NCBI GenBank assembly: GCA_965214405.1
Contig: OZ243956.1
Coordinates: forward strand, 1,696,001 to 1,760,000
Source of the DNA: Trueperaceae bacterium
GTDB taxonomy: Bacteria; Deinococcota; Deinococci; Deinococcales; Trueperaceae
Length of the DNA stretch: 64,000 nucleotides
Direction of reading: 5' to 3'
Part shown: positions 60,563-64,000 of the stretch, in pieces
Layout of the letters: each line of letters opens with the position of its first letter
Position numbering within the stretch: the first letter of the stretch is position 1
The notes under the pieces: generated by a model
What the model was told of the DNA's origin: nothing
The model's input: only the letters and a program-made list of their open reading frames with translations
Databases searched by the model: none
Translations under genes and position numbers: made by a program

Positions 60563-61840
60563 TTATTGAGGCGGCTCGAGCACCGTCACCGTGACGAGCG
60601 GCGTCACGTTGAAACCTGCCTCCAAAAGACTTCTTTGCACCTCCTGCGTGAGCCGCTGGCTGATTTCATCGTCCGTCAGGGTGACGCCTGCGGCGCGCTG
60701 AACGTAAAGAACCGCGAGCAACGTATTTTGGTCCGCGATACTCGCGCGGGTAAAATTCACCTCGGCCTCAACGAGCTTCGCCACGTCGCTCTCGTTCACG
60801 ATTCTTTGAATGTCGGCAGCGGCGCGTTGCGAGCGGCTCGAGCGCCGTAAGTCGGGCGTGCTCGAGAGTTGCAACAGGAGCAGCCCGCCGAGTAGTGCCA
60901 CAGTCACCAAAAGCACCGCCGGAAACATCCAGCGCTTCCCGCGCTCGTAACGCGCGCCCCGCGCGGACAAGCCAAAGGCGCGGAACACGAGCGAGCCCGA
61001 AAAGTTGATGCCGACGAGCTGTAAAACCAAGACGAACAAACCGCTCCGCGCCATCGGCCAGTCGCCGATCACCCCGGCCATGCCGACCAACCCGGCGGGC
61101 GGCGCTAACGAGGCGGCCACGAGCATCCCCGTCGCCGCGCCCGACACCAAGGAGGAGCGGTCGGATTGGACGAGGTTCAAGGCCCCCGCCGCCCCGGCCA
61201 CAAGGGGCAAGAGCACCGCCACCACCGAGAGCTGGCTCGTGCTGACCATCTGCGAGGTGGCGATGCGCTGCTGCATCACCAGGCTAAGAAGGGCCGCAAC
61301 CGCGATGGTCACGGCGAGCGCGGCAAAGTAGCGCAGCAAGCTTCGCCTTAGCAGGTCCCCGTCGCCCCTGGCCGTCGACAGGGCCGCGTTCATGGCGGGA
61401 CCCGCGAAGGGCGCAATCAGCATGGCGGCGACCAAGAGAAAGCTCGAGTTGGTAAAGAGACCAATCCACACGACCACCCCCGCCGCCGCCGCGTAACCCA
61501 GAAAGCCGCGCCAGGAGCCCACCTGCTGCAAGCCGCCCAGAAAAATTTCGATGGGGCTTCTTTCGGCCACGTCCATCACGCCCTCGGGCGCTCTGTTGGC
61601 GGGCGGGCGCATCGGGATGACCCCGCGCGGGACGAGGGTTACGTGTAGGTTTGGCAGCTCTTCCGCCGCTTTGAGCATCCCCTCGACTTGGCCGTTGTTG
61701 AGGTGGACGAACACAATGTCTAACGCGCCATCCGGCCCCGACCCCTCGACGCGCGCCAAGTTGACGCCGCCATGCTCTTGGGCAAGCTCGAGCACCCGCT
61801 CACCCTCCCCCCCTGGCACCTGAAACATAAGCTGACGCAC
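60563..61840 (-). CDS. DUF389 domain membrane protein
   Basis: 'LLVAAMLIAP', 'AGAAGAL', 'G..VAASLAPP'. Confidence 0.8.
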   Translation of the reverse strand: MRQLMFQVPGGEGERVLELAQEHGGVNLARVEGSGPDGALDIVFVHLNNGQVEGMLKAAEELPNLHVTLVPRGVIPMRPPANRAPEGVMDVAERSPIEIFLGGLQQVGSWRGFLGYAAAAGVVVWIGLFTNSSFLLVAAMLIAPFAGPAMNAALSTARGDGDLLRRSLLRYFAALAVTIAVAALLSLVMQQRIATSQMVSTSQLSVVAVLLPLVAGAAGALNLVQSDRSSLVSGAATGMLVAASLAPPAGLVGMAGVIGDWPMARSGLFVLVLQLVGINFSGSLVFRAFGLSARGARYERGKRWMFPAVLLVTVALLGGLLLLQLSSTPDLRRSSRSQRAAADIQRIVNESDVAKLVEAEVNFTRASIADQNTLLAVLYVQRAAGVTLTDDEISQRLTQEVQRSLLEAGFNVTPLVTVTVLEPPQ

Positions 61841-62210
61841 CCTCTCCCCCGTTCTTGATCTTCCGACTCAATCTTTCGATAAGCGTTGCTATGGTTGCCA
61901 TGAAGGCTGTTGTCGAGGCCTTTTTCGAAGCTGTTGTAGAAGCTTTGGGCTGGGCCTTGGCAACCTTGCCCTTCACCCTACCTGATAGTAAGCTATGTTT
62001 CAAAATTCACGTGACGCACATCCTAGTGTTAGAGGTAGGGTGGTCGGCTGCTTTGTCATGGGAACAGGTCTATAGAGACGGGTTGTAAAGACAAAGTAGG
62101 CTGGGGATATTTTTAGAGCGTTTTTAGACTCAATTTCGAAGCGCAACATTTCAGTGTGCAACGCAAGCTCAACCTTTGAGCGCCAAGCGAGAACGCAAAG
62201 TGAGGGGTCA

Positions 62211-62972
62211 ATGGACAGAGACATAGGAACAGGAAACGAAACGAGCGACACGTCAGCGCCCTTCGGCGAGGTGAACGCGCAGGGCAGCACGCAAACCGCA
62301 GCGCGGGGGGCCGCCGAGGACGTAACGCAAGAGGCCAAAGAGAGAGCCCTGGAGGTCAGAGACGAGGCGCTGAGGCAGGCCAAGCGCGTGGGCGAGGACG
62401 TGCGGCGTCAGCTTTCGGGCAGCTTTGACGAGAGCAAAAATGAGATTTCCAGGCAGATAGACGGCGTGGCGCGGGGTATCCGGCGCTCGAGCTCATCTTT
62501 TCGGGGCGACAACCAGGCGCTTTTCGCCGACTACGGCGACAGACTGGCCGAGGGCATCGAGACCATGTCGGACTACTTAAGAGACCGCGACGCGGAAACG
62601 CTCTGGAGCGACGTGCAGGGTGCCGCGCGCAACAAACCGGGGCTCTTTTACGGGGGCCTGCTCGCCGTGGGTATCCTCGGCGCTCAACTTCTCAAAAGCG
62701 CAGCGAGAACGCGCGCCGCCTCGGCTTATCAAGGCGCATCAGATCCACGTTACGGGGCCACGGGCAGCGCGGCGGGGAGTGAGGGGCGCGTGACGGCCCC
62801 TAGAACCGGAACGTCGAGAAGCGGGACGTCAAGAAGCGGGGCGTCTGCGGAGTCGAGACCCGTAAGAAGCTACGACCGGAAAATCGTCACAGCCGACGAC
62901 CTGGACAAATCATCCCCTACCCAGTCAGCCTCTACTCAGTCAGCCCGAGAAGGAGACCATGATGGCAAATAA
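62211..62972 (+). CDS. Hydrophilic LEA-like/ElaB-YqjD-like membrane-anchored stress protein
   Basis: Charged helical N-terminal half, 'ARNKPGLFYGGLLAVGILGAQLLK' anchor, low-complexity tail; GAGGGG RBS. Confidence 0.65.
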   Translation: MDRDIGTGNETSDTSAPFGEVNAQGSTQTAARGAAEDVTQEAKERALEVRDEALRQAKRVGEDVRRQLSGSFDESKNEISRQIDGVARGIRRSSSSFRGDNQALFADYGDRLAEGIETMSDYLRDRDAETLWSDVQGAARNKPGLFYGGLLAVGILGAQLLKSAARTRAASAYQGASDPRYGATGSAAGSEGRVTAPRTGTSRSGTSRSGASAESRPVRSYDRKIVTADDLDKSSPTQSASTQSAREGDHDGK

Positions 62973-63435
62973 CAGAGAGCCGAACAAAAGCCAACCCGAA
63001 GTCCACGCGTACGACGCCGACCAGAGCAAACGGGCTGAGGGCGCGCCCAAGAGCGAACGCTCGCTCGGCGACATCTTCTCGGACCTGACGCAAAACTTTA
63101 GCGAGTTGGTCCGCGAGGAGGTCGCGCTCGCCAAAACGGAACTCAGCCAGAACGCGTCCAAGCTGGCGAAGGACGTGGTTTTTCTCGCCGTCGGCGGTTT
63201 TATCGCCTACGCGGGGCTGCTCGTACTCTTGGCCGCCGCCGTACTCGCGCTCGCCTTTTTGGTGCCCTTTTGGTTGTCGGCGCTTATCGTCGGCTTGGTG
63301 GTCGTGATTATCGGCTACGCGCTTATCCAGAAGGGGATTAGCGACCTCCGCAACGGCGCACTGATGCCCACGCAGACGGTCGAGTCGCTCAAGGAGGACC
63401 GCGAGTGGGCCAAGGAGCAGATTAATGAGCGATAG
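62959..63435 (+). CDS. Holin-like membrane protein (Phage_holin_3_6/YqjE type)
   Basis: 'RSLGDIFSDL...LVREEVALAKTEL', two TM helices, 'PTQTVESLKED'. Confidence 0.85.
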   Translation: MMANNREPNKSQPEVHAYDADQSKRAEGAPKSERSLGDIFSDLTQNFSELVREEVALAKTELSQNASKLAKDVVFLAVGGFIAYAGLLVLLAAAVLALAFLVPFWLSALIVGLVVVIIGYALIQKGISDLRNGALMPTQTVESLKEDREWAKEQINER

Positions 63436-64000
63436 ACCGCGCGACAGCTCGAGCGACAGGTTAAATGACCGGCTGAGCGACAAATCACCCAAGGAAATTC
63501 GCGCCGAGATAGAAGAAACGCGCGAAAAACTGAGCGAGGATCTAGACGAACTCTCCTACCGCTTTTCCCCGGAGGCTCTTAAAGACCGGGCTTCTGAAAC
63601 CCTCGAGAGTGCCCAGGACGTATTCACCGGCGCGACGCAGGGCGTGGTTGACAGCTTGGGCGAGCGCGTCGAAGGGTTGAGCCGTTCGCTTTTGGGCCGC
63701 ATCAAAGACAACCCGCTGCCCGCGACGCTGCTGGGTGCGGGGGTGAGCTGGCTCCTCATGCAGGGGTCGCAGGGGAACCCACCGGGCCGTGAGAAGCGCC
63801 ACGAAAATCGTTATGGTCGCGCCGCCTCCTACGTAAGTGGTCCCCAAACGGGCGGGGCTGTACTGGACGGTTCGGGTGATCTGGTGTACCGCACCTCCTC
63901 GCAGGAAGCGGGCGGAGGCCGTCCGCTGCTCCTGGGTGCTGGCGTGCTCGTCGCGGGGCTCGCGGTGGGCCTGCTCATCCCGAACCGCCGCGACCGGACG
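63425..64000 (+). CDS. DUF3618 domain protein, 3'-partial, absent from the ORF track
   Basis: ATG at 63425 overlaps the holin-like gene; 'SPKEIRAEIEETREKLSEDLDELSYRFSP', 'IKDNPLPATLLGAGVSWL'; frame open to the window end. Confidence 0.85.
   Translation, partial: MSDRPRDSSSDRLNDRLSDKSPKEIRAEIEETREKLSEDLDELSYRFSPEALKDRASETLESAQDVFTGATQGVVDSLGERVEGLSRSLLGRIKDNPLPATLLGAGVSWLLMQGSQGNPPGREKRHENRYGRAASYVSGPQTGGAVLDGSGDLVYRTSSQEAGGGRPLLLGAGVLVAGLAVGLLIPNRRDRT

Noticed and set aside
61800..62088. Small ORFs on both strands (KASTTA repeat / hydrophobic 77 aa)
   Set aside because: No RBS or family motif; best explained by a 24-nt degenerate duplication in an intergenic region, though a small protein cannot be excluded.
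62959..63435. Holin as evidence of a prophage
   Set aside because: This family occurs in chromosomal stress operons with DUF3618; no endolysin, integrase or structural genes are present.

Overview
High-GC chromosomal window, most likely from a Deinococcota bacterium (Trueperaceae-like). This rests on the SigA C-terminus [10 protein letters not shown], many leaderless-type TAnnnT boxes 5-7 nt before start codons, and bshB1/fni/plsY. In order it holds: the end of a BMP-type nucleoside ABC locus; an 8-gene methyltransferase/NDP-sugar/GT4/3xCgeB glycosylation cluster; rpoD preceded by a Crp/Fnr regulator; a ykkC-yxkD-type riboswitch variant upstream of an EamA transporter; an arabinose-glycan utilisation operon (2xGH2, GH43, GH51, ABC) ending in a secreted FG-GAP/ASPIC-UnbV-vanadium haloperoxidase fusion; a small low-GC defence islet (frameshifted orphan antitoxin plus a Type II-like R-M pair); an MMPL transporter, hicBA and small stress genes; acyl-CoA dehydrogenase, SDR and fni; three tandem S8 lipoprotein proteases; a circularly permuted ATP-grasp/alpha-E/3x transglutaminase locus beside a TPR-rhomboid; plsY-bshB1; an orphan antitoxin coupled to a Nudix gene; and a DUF3618/holin-like stress operon cut by the window end. 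The palindrome CTCGAG (often GCTCGAGC) is strongly over-represented and short tandem micro-duplications are frequent. No rRNA, tRNA, CRISPR array or transposase was seen. All family calls come from motif recognition, not database searches.
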